Source: the human T2T-CHM13v2.0 reference genome, Homo sapiens
DNA: 64,000 nucleotides
Strand: one strand, 5' to 3'
Assembly (NCBI RefSeq): GCF_009914755.1
Contig: NC_060925.1
The notes beneath the pieces are model-generated. The model saw nothing but the letters and a program-made list of their open reading frames with translations. It was not told where the DNA came from and searched no databases. A program made the position numbers and the translations under genes. Positions 34,959 to 52,399 of this stretch are shown in pieces. The number at the start of each line of letters is the position of its first letter. Positions within the stretch are counted from its first letter, which is position 1.

Positions 34959-36270
34959 CTTTTTCTTTTTTTTTTTTTTTTTAGACAGGTTCTCACTCTG
35001 TCACCCAGGCTGGAGTGCAGTGGCATGACCACAGCTCACCACAACCTCAAACTCCTAGGTATCGGGGGAACCTGCCCCCGCTAGTCACATAGGTTCTTTT
35101 CTATTTTCCCTAAGTGTCAGCCAGCCTGAGAAATAAAGGGAAAGAGTACAAAAGAGAGAAATTTTAAAGCTGGGTATCCGGGGGAGACATCACATGTCAG
35201 CAGGTTCCGTGATGCCCCCCAAGCCACAAAACCAGCAGGTTTTTATTAGTGATTTTCAAAAGGGGAGGGAGTGTATGAATAGGGTGTGGGTCACAAAGAT
35301 CACATGCTTCACAAGGTAATAAGATGTCACAAGGCAAATGGAGGCAGAGTGAGATCACAGGACCACAGGACCGGGGCAAAATTAAAAATACTAATGAAGT
35401 TTCATGTCCAACTGGGCACGCATTGTCATTGATAACATCTTATCAGGAGACAGGGTTTGAGAGCAGACAACCAGTCTGATCAAAATTTATTAGGGGGTAA
35501 TTTCCTCGTCCTAATAAGCCTGGGAGCGCTACAGGAGACTGGGGCTTATTTCATCCCTACAGCTGCAACCGTAAAAGAGAGCCTCCCCTGAAGCAGCCAT
35601 TTCAGAGGCCTTCCCTCAGGGACGCATTCTCTTTCTCAGGGATGTTCCTTGCTGAGAAAAAGAATTCAGCGATATTTCTCCCATTTGCTTTTGAAAGAAG
35701 AGAAATATGGCTCTGTTCCGCCCGGCTCAGCGGCAGTCAGAGTTTAAGGTTATCTCTCTTGTTCCCTGAACATTGCTGTTATCCTGTTCTTTTTTCAAGG
35801 TGCCCAGATTTCATATTGTTCAAACACACATGCTGTACAAACAATTTGTGCAGTTAATGCAATCATCACAGGGTCCCGAGGCAACATACATCCTCCTCAG
35901 CTTACGAAGATGACGGGATTAAGAGATTAAAATAAAGACAGGGATAGGAAATCACAAGCGTATTGATTGGGAAAGTGATGTGTCCATTAAATCTTCAGAA
36001 TTTATGTTCAGAGATTGCAGTAAAGACAGGTGTAAAAAATTATAAAAGTATTAATTTGGGGAACTAATAAATGTCCATGAAATCTTCACAATTTATGTTC
36101 TTCTGCCGTGGCTTCAGCTGGTCCCTCCGTTCAGGGTCCCTGACTTCCCGCAACACCTAGGCTCTAGCAGTCCTCCCATCTCAGCCTCCCAAGTGGGATG
36201 TGTCACCATGCCTGGCCAATTTTTCCACTTTCTGTAAAGACAGGGTCTCACCCTGTTGCCCAAGCTGGTC
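34959..36270 (-). mobile_element. Antisense AluJ split by a MER11 LTR (Alu parts 34959-35059 and 36156-36270)
   Basis: The Alu sequence aacctcaaactCCTAGG resumes as CCTAGGctctagcagtcctcccatctcagcc. Confidence 0.85.
35060..36155 (-). mobile_element. MER11 solo LTR (HERV-K HML-8), 1096 bp
   Basis: The minus strand begins TGTTGCGGGAAGTCAGGGACCC and ends GGTTCCCCCGATA. The 6-bp TSD CCTAGG is at 35054-35059 and 36156-36161. Confidence 0.93.
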
Positions 36271-36271
36271 T

Positions 36272-36595
36272 TTATTTTTTCTCTTCAACTTTTAAGTTCA
36301 GGGATACAGCAAGTGTGTTACATAGGTAACATGTGCCATGGTGGTTTGCTGCACAGATCATCCCATCAGCCAGGTGTTACACCCAGCATCCATTAGCTAT
36401 TCTTCCTGATGCTCTCCCTTTCCCCATTCCCCCCAACCAGCAGGTTCCCTGCATATGTTGTTCCCACTCACCCCACCATGTGTCCATGTGTTCTCATCAT
36501 TCAGCTCCCAATTATAAGTGAGAACATGCAGTGTTTGGCTTTCTGTTCCTGCATTAGTTTGCTGAGCATAATGGCTTCCAGCTCCATCCATACCC
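36272..36595 (-). mobile_element. Short 3' end of an older L1PA
   Basis: Antisense L1 3'UTR (caacttttaagttcaggg...ataagtgagaacatgcagtgtttgg). Confidence 0.8.
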
Positions 36596-37099
36596 CTGGT
36601 GTAAACATGCTAAAAATGTATACACTATACAACAGTAAAAATATACAAAGCAACACTAATCAGTATGAATGAATCTCACAAGCATAATATGGAATGATAA
36701 AAGCAAATCATAGAGGAAAGGTAAAGTGTAATTCCATTTATATAAAGTACAAAACTAGAAAAATTAAATAGTACATTGTTTAGTACTGGGTAAACTAGTT
36801 TTTTTAAATTTTTAAATTTTTAATTTTTGTGGGTACATAGTAGGTATATATATTTTGTGGGTTTATGAGATTATGATATAGGCATACAATGTATAATAAT
36901 CATATCAGGGTAAGTGGGGTATCCATCACCTTAAGCATTTATTCTTTGTGTTACAGTCTAATTATACTCTTTTAGTTATTTTTAAACATCCAATTAAATT
37001 ATTATCGACTATAGTCACCCAGTTGTGACATCAAATACATCTTATTCTATTTTTTTGAACCCATTAACCATACCTACTCTCCCCCACAACAATCCCCCA

Positions 37100-37100
<1 letters not shown>

Positions 37101-37140
<40 letters not shown>
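37101..37140. repeat. (CA)20 microsatellite
   Basis: Perfect CA run inside the L1 3'UTR. Confidence 0.97.
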
Positions 37141-37144
<4 letters not shown>

Positions 37145-38271
37145 ACTCTTTCCAGCCCCTGGCAACCATCATTCTACTCTCTATGTCCAAGAGTTCAATT
37201 GTTTTAATTTTTAGCTCCCACAAATAAGTGAGAATATGGTGAAGTTTGTCTTTTTGTGCCTGGCTTATTTCACTTAGCATAATGGCCTCCAGTTCTACCC
37301 ATATTGTTGCACGTGACAGGATCTCATTCTTTTTTATGGCTAAATAGTACTCCATTGTGTATATGTGCCACATTTTCTTTATCCATTCACCTGTTGATGG
37401 ACACTTAGGTTGTTTCCAAATCTTGACTATTATGAATTATGCTGCAATAAACATGGGAGTAGATATCTCTTCAATATATTGAATTCCTTTCTTTTGGGTG
37501 TATACCTAGCACTGGGATTGCTGGATCATATGGTAGTTCTATTTTTAGCTTTTTGAGGAACTTCCAAAATGTTCTCCATAGTGGTTATACTAATTTACAT
37601 TCCCACCCACAGCATACAGGGGCTCCCTTTCTCCAGCATTTGTTATTGCCTGTCTTTTGGATGAAATCCATCTTAACTGGGGTGAGATGATATTTCATTC
37701 TAGTTTTGATTTGCATTTCTCTAATGATCAGTGATGTTGAGCACCTTTTCATATACCTATTTACCATTTTTATGTCTTCACCTAAGAAATGTCTATTTAG
37801 ATCTTTTGCCCATTTTTATTTGGATTATTATATTTTTTTCCTATAGTGTTGTTTGAGCTCTTTATATATTCTGGTTATTAATCCCTTGTCAGATGGATAG
37901 TTTGCAAATATTTTCCCCCATTCTGTGGATTGTCTCTTCAATTTTTTGATTGTTTCCTTTGCTGTGCGGAAGCTTTTTATTTTATTTTTTATTTTTATTT
38001 TTTGAGTCTCACTTTGTAGAAGCTTTTTAACTTGATGTGATTCTACTTGTCCATTTTTGCTTTGGTTGCCTGTGCTTATGGGATATTGCTCAAGAAATCT
38101 TTGCCCACTCCAATGTTCTGGAGAGTTTCCTAAATGTTTTCTTTTAGTAGTTTTATAGTTTGAGGTTTTAGACTTAAGTCTTTAATTCACTTGTTTTTTG
38201 TATATGGCAAGAGATAGGGGTCTAGTTTCATTCTTCTGCATACTGATATATAGTTTTCCCAGCACCATTTT

Positions 38272-38563
38272 TGTTTTTGAGACAAGAGTTTCACTCTTGT
38301 CACCCAGGCTGAAGTGCAATGGCATGATCTTGGCTCACTGCAACCTCCACCTCCCATGTTCAAGCAATTCTCCTGCCTCAGCCTCCGAGTAGCTGGGATT
38401 ACAAGTGTGTGCCCACCACGCCCGTGTAACTTTTGTATTTTTCAGTAGAGATGGGGTTTCCCCATGTTGGCCAGGCTGGTCTTGAACTCCTGACCTCAGG
38501 CAGTCCCCACCAGCTCAGCCTCCCAAATTGCTGGGATTACAGGTGTGAACCACTGCGCCCAGC
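38272..38563 (-). mobile_element. AluS
   Basis: Antisense Alu with TSD ccagcaccattt. Confidence 0.93.
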
Positions 38564-39262
38564 CCCCAGCACCATTTCTTGAAGAGACTGTCCTTTCCCC
38601 AATATATGTGCTTACTACCTTTCTCAAAAATGAGTTCACTGTAGATGTATTGATTTGTCTCTGGGTTCTCTGTTCTCTTCCATTGGTCTATGTGTCTGTT
38701 TCTATGCCAGTACCATGCTGTTTTGGTTACTGTAGCTCTGTGGTATAATTTGAAGTCAGGTAATGTGATTCATCCAGTTTTGTTCATTTTGTTTAGGATA
38801 GCTTTGGCTATTCTGGGTCTTTGGTGGGTTCTGTAAAAATTTTAGGATTTTTTTTTCCTATTTCTGTAAAGAATGTCTTTGGTATTTTGATAAGGATTGC
38901 ATTGAACCTGTAGATTGCTTTGGGTAGTGCAGACATTTTAACAATATTGAATCTTCCAATCCATGAACATGGAATGTTTTCCTTTTTTGTGTCCTCTTTA
39001 GTTGTTGCATCAATATTTTATAGTTTTCATTGCAGAGATCTTTCAATTCTTTGGTTAATTCCTATGTATTGAGTTTTATTTGTACCTATTGTAAATAGGA
39101 TTACTTTTTTATTTCTTTTTCAGATTGTTTGCTCTTGGCATATAGAAATGCTACTGATTTTTATATGTTGATTTTGTATCCTACAACTTTTCTGAATTTA
39201 TATATCAGTTCTAATAGTTTTTTGATAGAGACTTTATGTTTTTCCAAATATAAGATTATATC

Positions 39263-39724
<462 letters not shown>

Positions 39725-42700
39725 TTAGAGGAAAAGCTTTTAGTTTTTCCCCATTTAGTATGATACTAACTGTGGATCTATCATATATGGCTTTTATCAT
39801 GTTGAAGTATGTTCCTTCTATACCCAGTTTTTAAAATTTTTTTTTTGTCATGAAGTGATGTTGAATTTTATCAAATGCTTTTCGGTATTAATTGAAATGA
39901 TCATATGGCTTTTATACTTCATTCTGTTGATATAATGTATCACATTGGTTGATTTGCATATGTTGAACCATCCTTGCATCCCTTGGATAAATCCCACTTG
40001 GTCATAATGAATGATATTTCTAATCTGTCATTGAATTCGGTTTGTTACCATTTTGTCTTAGATTTTTGCATTAGTCTTCATCAGGGATATTGACCTGCAG
40101 TTTTCTTTGTTTGATATGTCTTTTTCTGGATTTGGTATCAAGGTAATACTGGCCTCATAGAATGAGTTTCAAAGTATTCCCACCTCTTCTATTTTTGGGG
40201 ATAGTTTGAGTCAGATTGGTATTAGTTCTTTAAATGTTTGCTGAAATTCAGCAATGAAGCCATCAGGTCCTGGGCTTTTCTTTGCTGGGAGACTTTTTAC
40301 TATGGCTTCAATCTCATTACCTGTTATTGGTCTGTTTAAATCTTAGATTTCTTCATGGTTCAATCTTGGTAGGTTGTATGTGTCTAGGAATGTATCCATT
40401 TCTTCTAGGATTTCCAATTTATTGGCATATAGTTGCTCATAGTAGCCTCTAATGATCCTTTGAATTTCTGTGGCATTGGTAGTCTTCTTTTTCATCCCCA
40501 ATTTTATTTATTTGAGTCTTCTCTCTTTTTTTCTTAGTTTACTGATTTTATTTATCTTTTCAAAAAACAAATTTTTCATTTCATTGATCTTTTGTATTGC
40601 CTTCTTCATTTCAATTTAATTTATCTCTGCTCTGATCTTTGTTATTTCTTTTCTTCCACTAATTTTGGGTTTGGTTTGCTCTTGCTTTTCTAGTTTTTTA
40701 AGATGTATCATTAGGTTGTTTATTTGATGTTTTTCTACTATTTTTGTTATAGGCACTTATAGCTATAAACTTCTCTCAGTACTGCTTTTGCTGTATTCCC
40801 TAGGTTTTGTTATGTGTTATGTTTCTCTTATCATTTGGTTCAAGAAATATTTCAAATCCTTCTTTCATCCGTGCCTGTTGTCTGAACTGTAATTGCCTGC
40901 CCTTCAATTCCCTCTTAATTTCTTCACTGACCCACTGGTCATTCAGGAGCGTATTGTTTAAATTTGATGTGTTAGAATAGTTATCAAAATTCCTCTTGTT
41001 ATTGACTTCTAGTTTTATTCCATTGTGGTCAGAGAAGGTACTTCATATTTGAATTTTTTTAATGTTTTAAGACTTGTTTTGTGGTCTAATATATGGTCTA
41101 TCCTTGAGAATGATCCATGAGTTCAGGAGAAGAATGTGCACTCTATATCTATTGAATAAAATGCTCTGTAAGTATCTCTTAGGTCCATTTGGTCTGTAGT
41201 GGAGATTAAGTCCAGTGTTTGTTGATTTTCTGTCTGGATAATCTGTCCCATGTTAAAAGTGGGATGTTGAAGTGTCTGGCTATTATTGTATTGGGGTCTC
41301 TCTCTCTCTTTAGCTCTAATAATATTTGCCTTATATGTCTGGGTGCTTCATTGTCAGTTGCATATATATTTACAATAAAGTTATGCCCTCTTGCTGAATT
41401 GACCCCTTTATCATTATGTAATAACCTTATTTGTCTCTTTTTGTGGTTTTTGTCTTGAAATCTATTTTGTCTGATATAAGTATAGCTACTCCTCCTATTT
41501 TGTGCTTTCCATTTGCATTGAATATATTTTTCCATTCTTTTATTTTCAATTTATTCATGTCTTTATAGGTTAAGCATATTTCTTTTAGGTAACAGATTGT
41601 TGGGTCTTGTTTTTTAATCCGTTCAGCCACTGTATGTCTTTTGATTGGAGAGTTTAGTCCATTTACATCCAGTGTTATTATTGATAAGTAAGGATGTACT
41701 CCTGTGATTTTGTTATTTGTTTTATGGTTGTTGTGTGGTCTTCTCTTCCTTCTTTTCTTCCTTTCTGTCTTCCTTTCAGTGAAGGTGATTTTCTCAGGTG
41801 GTATGTTTTAATTTCTTGGTGCTTTTTATTTTTTGTGTAGCTGTTGTATGTTATTTAAGACTACCATGAAGCTTGCAAATAATTATAGCCCATTATTTTA
41901 AACTGATGACAACACTGATTGCCTAAACAAATGAGAAATTTGAAAAGAAAACTAATAAGCATTCTACACTTTAACCTTGTCCCCCTGCTTTTAAACTTCT
42001 TGTTGTTCCTATTTACATCTTATCGTACTGTCCATGTCTTGAAAGTTGTGGTAGTTATTATTTTTGATTGGTTCATCTTTTAGCCTTTCTACTTAACATG
42101 TGAGTAATTTACACAGCAATTACAGTGTTTAATATCCTATGTTTTTCTGTGTACTTAAAATCAGCAGTGAGTTTTGTGCCTTCAGATGATTTCTGATTGC
42201 TCACTAATGTCTTTTTCTTTTAAATTAAATAACTCCCTTTAGCATTTCTTGTAGGACAGATCTTGTGTTGATGAAATCCCTCAGCTTTTGTTTGTCTGGG
42301 AACATCTTTATTTCTCCTTCATGTTTGAAGGATGCTTTCACCAGATTTACTATTCTAGGGTACAAGATCTTTTTCCCTCAGCACTTTAAATATATCATGC
42401 CACTCTCTCCTTGCCTGTAAAGTTTCCACTGAAATGTCTGCTGCCAGACGTATTGGACCTCCATTGTATGTTAGTTGTTTCTTTTCTCTTGCTGCTTTTA
42501 GGATCCTTTCTTTATCCTTCACCTTTATAGTAGTTTGATATTAAATGTCTTGAGGTAGTCTTCTTTGGGTTAACTCTGCTTGGTGTTCTGTAACCTTCTT
42601 GTACTGAATATTGATGTCTTTCTTGAGGTTTTGGAAGTTCTCTGTTATTATCTCTTTGAATAACCTTTCTACCCCTATCTCTGTCTCTACCTCCTCTTTT

Positions 42701-45199
42701 AGGCCCATAACTCTTAGATTTGCCCCATTGAGGCTGTTTTCTAGATCTTGTAAGCATGCTTCATCCTTTTCTATTCTTTTTTCTATTGTCTTCTCTGATT
42801 GTGTATTTTCAAATAGCCTGTCTTCAAGCTTACTAATTCTTTGTTCTGCTTGATCAATTCTGCTATTAAGAAACTCTGATGCATTCTTCATTATGTCGAT
42901 TGCATTTTTCAACTCCAGAATTTGTTTCTTTTTAATTATTTCAATCTCTTTTTTTTAATTTATCTGATAGGATCCTGAATTCCTTCTCTGTGTTATCTTG
43001 AATTTATCTGAGTTTCCTCAAAATAGCTATTTTGAATTCTGTGTTAGAAAGACCACATATCTCTTTCTCTCTGTGATAGGTCCCTGTTGCCTTACTTACT
43101 TCATTTGATGAAGTCATGTCTTACTGGATGGTCTTGATGCCTGTGGTTGTTCACTGGTGTCTAGACATTGAAGAATTAGGTATTTATTGTCGACTTCACA
43201 GTCTGAGCTTGTCTTTACCTATCCTTCTTGGGAAGGCTTTCCAGGTATTCTAAGGGACTTGGGTGTTGTGATCTAAGTTTTTGGTCACTGCAGCCATATC
43301 TGCATTAGGGGGCACCCCAAGCCCAGTAATGCTATGACTCTTGGTGGTCTTGGAAAAAATCTGGAAAAATTCTCTGAATTACCAGGCAAACACTCTTGTT
43401 CTCTTCTCCTACTTTCTGCCAAACAAACAGAATCTCTCTCTCTCTGTCAGTGCTGAGCTGCCTGGAGCTGGGGGAGGGGTGACACAGTGCCCCTGTGGAC
43501 ACTGCCACTGGGACTGCACTGGGTCAGACCTGAAGCTAGCATAGCACTGGATCTCACCCAAGGCCCGCTGTAACCTGGCTACCACCTATGTTCACTCAAG
43601 GCCCTAGGGCTCTATAACCAGCAGGTGGTGAAGCCAGCCAGTCTTGTGTCTTTCCCTTAAGGGCTGCAAGTTCCCCCAGGCCCCATGTGGGTCCAGAGGT
43701 ACCATCTGGGAGCCAAAGCCTGGAGTCAGAAACCTTAGAAATCTACCTGGTGCTCTATTTTTCTGCAGCTGAACTGGCACTCAAACCACAAGACATAGCC
43801 CTTTCCACTCCTCTCTTTCCTTTTCACAGACAGCGGAGTCTTTCCCTGTGGCCACCACCACCACAGGCCCGCAGTGAGTGCTGTCAGGCTACCATTAATG
43901 TTCACTTAAGGACCAAAGGCTTTTTAGTCAGCTTGTGGTGAATGCTGCCAGGCTGGGGACTCACCTTTCAGGGCAGTTGGTTCCCCTCTGGCCCAAGTCA
44001 AGTCTAAAAATGCTGGAAATGCTGTCCAAGAACCAATGCCGGGAATTGGGGACCCTAAGAGGCTGCTTGGTACTCTACTCCACTGTGGCCAAGCTGGTAC
44101 CTAAGCTGCAAGACAAAGTCCCTTTTACTCTTCCTTCTGCTTTTCTCAAGCAGAAGGAGTCTCTCTTTGTAGCTGCCACAGCTGGGAATGTGCTGGGTCA
44201 CACATGAAGCTGGCACATCTCAGAGTCTCATCCAATGCCATGGTGTGTACTGCTTAGCTACCTCTGCTGTTTATTCAGGGCCCAAGAGCTGGTGATGAAT
44301 CCTGCCAGGACTGGGTCCTTCTCTTCAAGGCAGCAGGTTTCTTTCTGGCCCAGGGTGTGTCTAGAAATGTCGTCTAGGAACTAGGGCCTGGCATGGGGGC
44401 CTCAGGACTGCCCAGTGCCCTTTCTACTGTGGCTGAGCTGATATCCAAGTTGCAAGACAAAGCCCTTTGTATGCTTCCCTCTCCTCTCCTCAAGCAGAAG
44501 GAAGGAGTCTCTTTCATAGCTGTGAGCTGTGCTGCCTAGTGTTGGGGAGGGGTGGCACAAGCACTCCATTAGCTACCCAGGGTAGTGTCTCACTAGGTTG
44601 AATGCCACCCCTGTCCACTGTCTCTGAGCCCAGTACAGCATTAGATCTTGCCTAGGAGTTGCAGTCTTTGTGGCCTAGACTATCTTTCAAGTTTATTTCA
44701 GACTCCAGAGAACTTTAGCCTGTGATGGCAAGGTCTGCCAAAACCCATGTTCCCACCATGAGGATGGGCAATTCCCTCTGACTAGGGCTGCTCAAAATGT
44801 TCCCTCTGCAGGCGTCATCTGAGTTCTGCCTGGTGTTGCTTTCCGCTGTGACAGGGCAGCACTGAATTCCGACGGAAAGTCCCACAATCACTGCACTCTG
44901 TCTCCCCAAAGCACACAGATTCGTTGTCTGCACTATGCAGCCACTACCGAGATGGGGAAGGGGTGACTTTGGCAACTCAAGACTGTCTTTCCCACCGTCT
45001 TCAGTGTCTGTTTCCTTGATATGATGTTAAAACTAGATACTGTGATTACTCACTTGATTTTTGGCTCTTATGAAGTTGCTTTTTTGGGTAGATAGTTGTT
45101 AAATTTCATGTTCCTATGGAGAAGAAGATTGGTGGAGGCTTCTATTCACTCATCCTGTTCTGCCTCCATCCTCAAACTAGTTTTTTAAAGCATGTGAAT

Positions 45200-46320
45200 T
45201 GACTTTTGTATGGACTTTGTATCCTGCAGGTATAATTTTTATTAGTTCCAGGAGTTTTTTTTTTCTGTTCTTTAAGATTTTCTAAACAGTCATTTATGTC
45301 ATCTGCAAACAAAAACCAGTTTTATTTATACCATCCTAATGTGAACGCCTTTTATTTCACTTTCTCATGTTAGCTAGCATTTCCAGTGCTAAGTTGAGTA
45401 GAAATAATGAGAGGAGACATCCTTGTCGTGTAGGCAATCTTAGGAGGAGAGCATCTAGTTTCTCACTGTCAAGTTTTTGTATGCTTTCTTTAGAGTCTCT
45501 TTATCAAGTTTAAGAAGGTCCCCTCTGTTGCTAGTTTGCTTTGAGTTTTTAGCATGAATGAGTGTTGACTTTGTCAAATGCTTTTCTTGCATCTACTATA
45601 TGATTTTTCTTCTTTAGCCTGTTAATTTGGTGGATTATATTAATTGATTTTTGAATTTTGGACCAGCCGTGCATACCTGGAGTAAATCTCATTTAGTCAT
45701 GGTGTGCAATTCTTTTTACCCATTGTTGGATTTAAAAGGTCTGTAGCTTTCCTTTCTTGTGATGTCTTTGTCTGGTTTTGGTTATTAGGGCAATGCTGGC
45801 TGGCTTCATAGAATGAGTTGGGAAAAATTCCCTCTGCTTCTATTGGAAGAGTTTCTAGAGAATTAGCATTATTTGTTCCTTAAGTGTTAGCATTCACTAG
45901 TCTAAAAAGAAAGTCATTGGGCCTGGTGCTTTGTTTTGGAAGATTATTAATTATTTTTCCAGTTTATTTAATAGATACAGCTTTTTATGTGAATTTGACT
46001 TCTACTTTTAATTACATTGTGGTTTGAGACCATACTTTGTATGATTTCTATTCTTTTAAATTTTGTTAAGGTGCATTTTATGGCCCAGCATATGGTGCAT
46101 CTTGGTGAATTCTTATGTGGGACTGAGAAAAATATGTATTCTCCTGTTGTTGGATAAAGTAGTCTATAAGTATCCATTAAATCTAGTTGATTGATTAGTA
46201 TAGCTATGTCCTTACTGATTTTCTGCCTGCTGGATCTGTTAATTAATGATAGAGAGGTGTTGAAGTTGCAAGAGATAATAGTGGATTTTTCTATTTCTCT
46301 TTGCACTTCTATGTTAAGAC
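45200..46320 (-). mobile_element. Old L1M ORF2 fragments
   Basis: ORF 45968..46333 resembles the L1 endonuclease (FNTSLS...DLMDTYRLLYP); RT-region remnants lie to its left. Confidence 0.75.
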
Positions 46321-46357
46321 ATATATGTGGCAAAACTAGCTGTAAAAACGCATGGGA

Positions 46358-46480
46358 GGCCAGGCACAGTTGCTCAGACCAGTAATCCCAACACTTTGGG
46401 AGACCAAGGTGGGAGTATTGCTTGAGCCCAGGATTTCAAGGCCAGCCTGGGCAACATAATGAGACCCCCATCTCTTATTT
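46358..46480 (+). mobile_element. FLAM / Alu left monomer
   Basis: Single Alu arm ending gagacccccatctc. Confidence 0.85.
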
Positions 46481-47411
46481 TTAAAAAATCTTTTCAAAAG
46501 AAAAAAAGTTACACGGCTTATTGAAACTTAGTTAAATGAAGATAAATTAAAACATGGCAGATTAAGTACGTTTATTTATCTCTATTCTCTCCCAGAATCT
46601 TACCAAAATGACAGGGAGAAAAAAAATTTTTTAAGGTTACAAACCTATAAAGTCAAAAATTGGAAGGGAGGCAAGAACAAAAGACAGAAAACAGAGGGGG
46701 AAGTGGTAACTGAGTAGTGTTTAGCAATTCTGTTAAGTAAGTGCTTATAGAAGATAATTCTAATGCATCAGCAAGATGGTAGAATTGGAGTTCTCTGGCC
46801 CAACTCCCCACATCCCTAGAAATCCAGCTAGCAACTATCCACAAACAAGAATACCTTTGCCAATATCCAAGAACTCAGAAGTGAGGCTGAAACACCCCAT
46901 TGGACTGCAGAACTAAGAAAAGCCATATTCAAAGGGTAAGAGAAATTGTTTCTCTTTGATCATGTTACGTGTCTCCCAAGCTACACAGTGCCACACACAG
47001 ATTCCCCTAGGCCCACAGTTTCCCCCATGGGGAAAGATAGTGGAGCTGGATATTCAACTTTCCCAGCATTCTGGGACCCTTCACAGGAGGCTTAGTCGTG
47101 TCTCACCCCACAGGACACATTGGGAGTACCAGCAGGGCTAGACCACCTGGGATCAGTTAGAAATGAAGAACAGGGCCTGGAGCATACAGCAACCAGCACG
47201 TGATGTTAGTAATGCCTCTGCATTCTGGCAAATGGGGCACCACACCAGAGGGACTAGCCAACAGCATCACAAGAAACACGATCCATAGGTCAGCCGCACG
47301 TCGCTAGCCAGCTTCCCCATCTAGCCCCAGCATTCTCCTTAAACCTTCCCCAGGCCAGAAGGCAGGTGCAGGTCTGTGTTTTCCTCTGGAGGGAGCATCT
47401 GGCCCTACTCA

Positions 47412-50475
<3,064 letters not shown>

Positions 50476-50634
50476 AAGTAGAGCAGTGTTCCAACCAAGC
50501 CCTGGTGCTTTCCTGAAGCCTTCCCCATACCAGGAGGCAAGTGTAGGTCAGCATTTAGCTGCATAGGGAGTATCTGGCCTCACACAACACCAACAGCTGA
50601 GTGGCGACTCTACCACGCCTTGATGCTGTGCTTT

Positions 50635-51010
50635 TCTGTTTTTAAATTTTAGATTCAAGGTGTATGTGTGTAGGTTTGTTACACGGATATATTGAGTAAT
50701 GGTGATATTTGGGCATCTAGTGTACCCATTACCCAAATAGTGAACATTGTACTCAATAGGTAATTTTTTAACCCTCACTCCCCTCCCACCCTGTCCCTTT
50801 TTGGAGTCCCCACTGTCTATTATTTCCATCTTTATGTCCTTGTGTACCTGTTGTTTAGCTCCCACTTACTTATAAGTGAGAACATGCAGTATTTGATTTT
50901 CTGTTTCTGAGTTATTTCACTTAAGATAATGGCATCCAGCTTCCTTTATGTTGCTGTAAAGGACATATTTTATTCTTTTTTATGGCTGCATAGTATACCA
51001 TGGTGTATAA
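50635..51010 (-). mobile_element. L1PB/old L1PA 3' end
   Basis: Antisense L1 3'UTR (tttagattcaagg...ataagtgagaacatgcagtatttg). Confidence 0.8.
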
Positions 51011-51149
51011 GACTACCCTGGATCTAAAGATAAGCTCAGCCAATGCATATGTGTGGAGCATAGCCTCTGGCCCTGTCCACTCTGTAGACCTCACCTAGCC
51101 TTAGATCCCAGCATGCAGCCCTGCCCAACTACAGATTCCAAACAACAAT

Positions 51150-51915
51150 ACAATAGGTATGTGAAAAAAAGTGCAGCATCTCTAATCATTAGGGAAATGC
51201 AAATTAAAAGCACAATGAGGTATCACCTCATACCTATTAGAGTGACTTTTATCAAAAAGACAAAAGATAAGAAGTATTGGTAAAGATGTGGATAAAAAGT
51301 ATCCCTGGTACGTTGTTGTTGGGAATATAATTTAATATAGCCATTATGGGAAATGGTATGGAAGTTTCTCAAAAAACTCAAAATAGAATTACCAGCAATC
51401 CACTACAGCTACCAGTGGGATCCAGCCATCCCACTTCTAAGTGTATATCCAAAGGAATGGAAATCAATCTGTGGAAGGGATAATCTGCATTCCCGTGTTC
51501 ACTGATTCACAATAGCTGAGATATGGAAACAACCTATGTGTCCATCAGAAGATGCATGGATAAAGAAGATGTGATATATATATATACACAATGGAATACT
51601 ATTCAGCCTTCTAAAAAGAAGGAAATTCTGTCACTTGCAACAACATAGGGAAACCTGAAGGACATAACACTAAGTGAAATGAGCCAGGCATAGAAGGACA
51701 GATACTGTATGATCTCACTTATATGAAAACGCTAAAAAAGTTGACCTCGTAGAAGTAGAGAGTAGAATGATGGTTACCAGAGCTAAGGTGGGGGAGGGTG
51801 TGAAAAGGAGGAAGTATTAATCAAAGGGTACAAAAGTTCAGATTTACAGGAGGAGTAAGTTGTCAGATTATTGTGTATCAGGGTGACTACAGTCAATAAC
51901 AGTAATATATATGTA
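51150..51915 (+). mobile_element. L1MA-type ORF2 C-terminus and 3'UTR
   Basis: [15 protein letters not shown] peptide and typical L1MA 3'UTR motifs. Confidence 0.8.
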
Positions 51916-52399
51916 TTTTATTTTTATTTTAAATTTTATTTTAAATATATATATATATATTTATATATATACAAAATAAAAATAAAATAGTAATATGGTA
52001 GGAACTCCCCAGTGTGCATTCAGCCCTTTTTTCCAGCCCTCCTCCCTAAATATGGAAATATATATCCTCTTGACAAGATAAGAGAGGATTCTTCTTTGGA
52101 TTAACTGATCAGACCTACTTAAAAGAACTTATATTATGAGGTGTGGGGAGAAACATAGTGGGTCACAATGGAAGCAAGAGGTGTCATATGCTCAGTGATA
52201 AAGCTGACTCACACCTTGTCATGGCTCCTCTCTTAAATATTAGTGTACAGTGAAGGACCACCAGAAAATTACAGAAAGCCTACAACATGAAAGTCAGACA
52301 CCTAACTCAATACCAGAAAAATGGAAATCAGAAGAAACAGCACAAAGCAGGGAGCAAAAGAAAACTTCACACAAAATATACAAAAAAAGTGTGTAGCAG

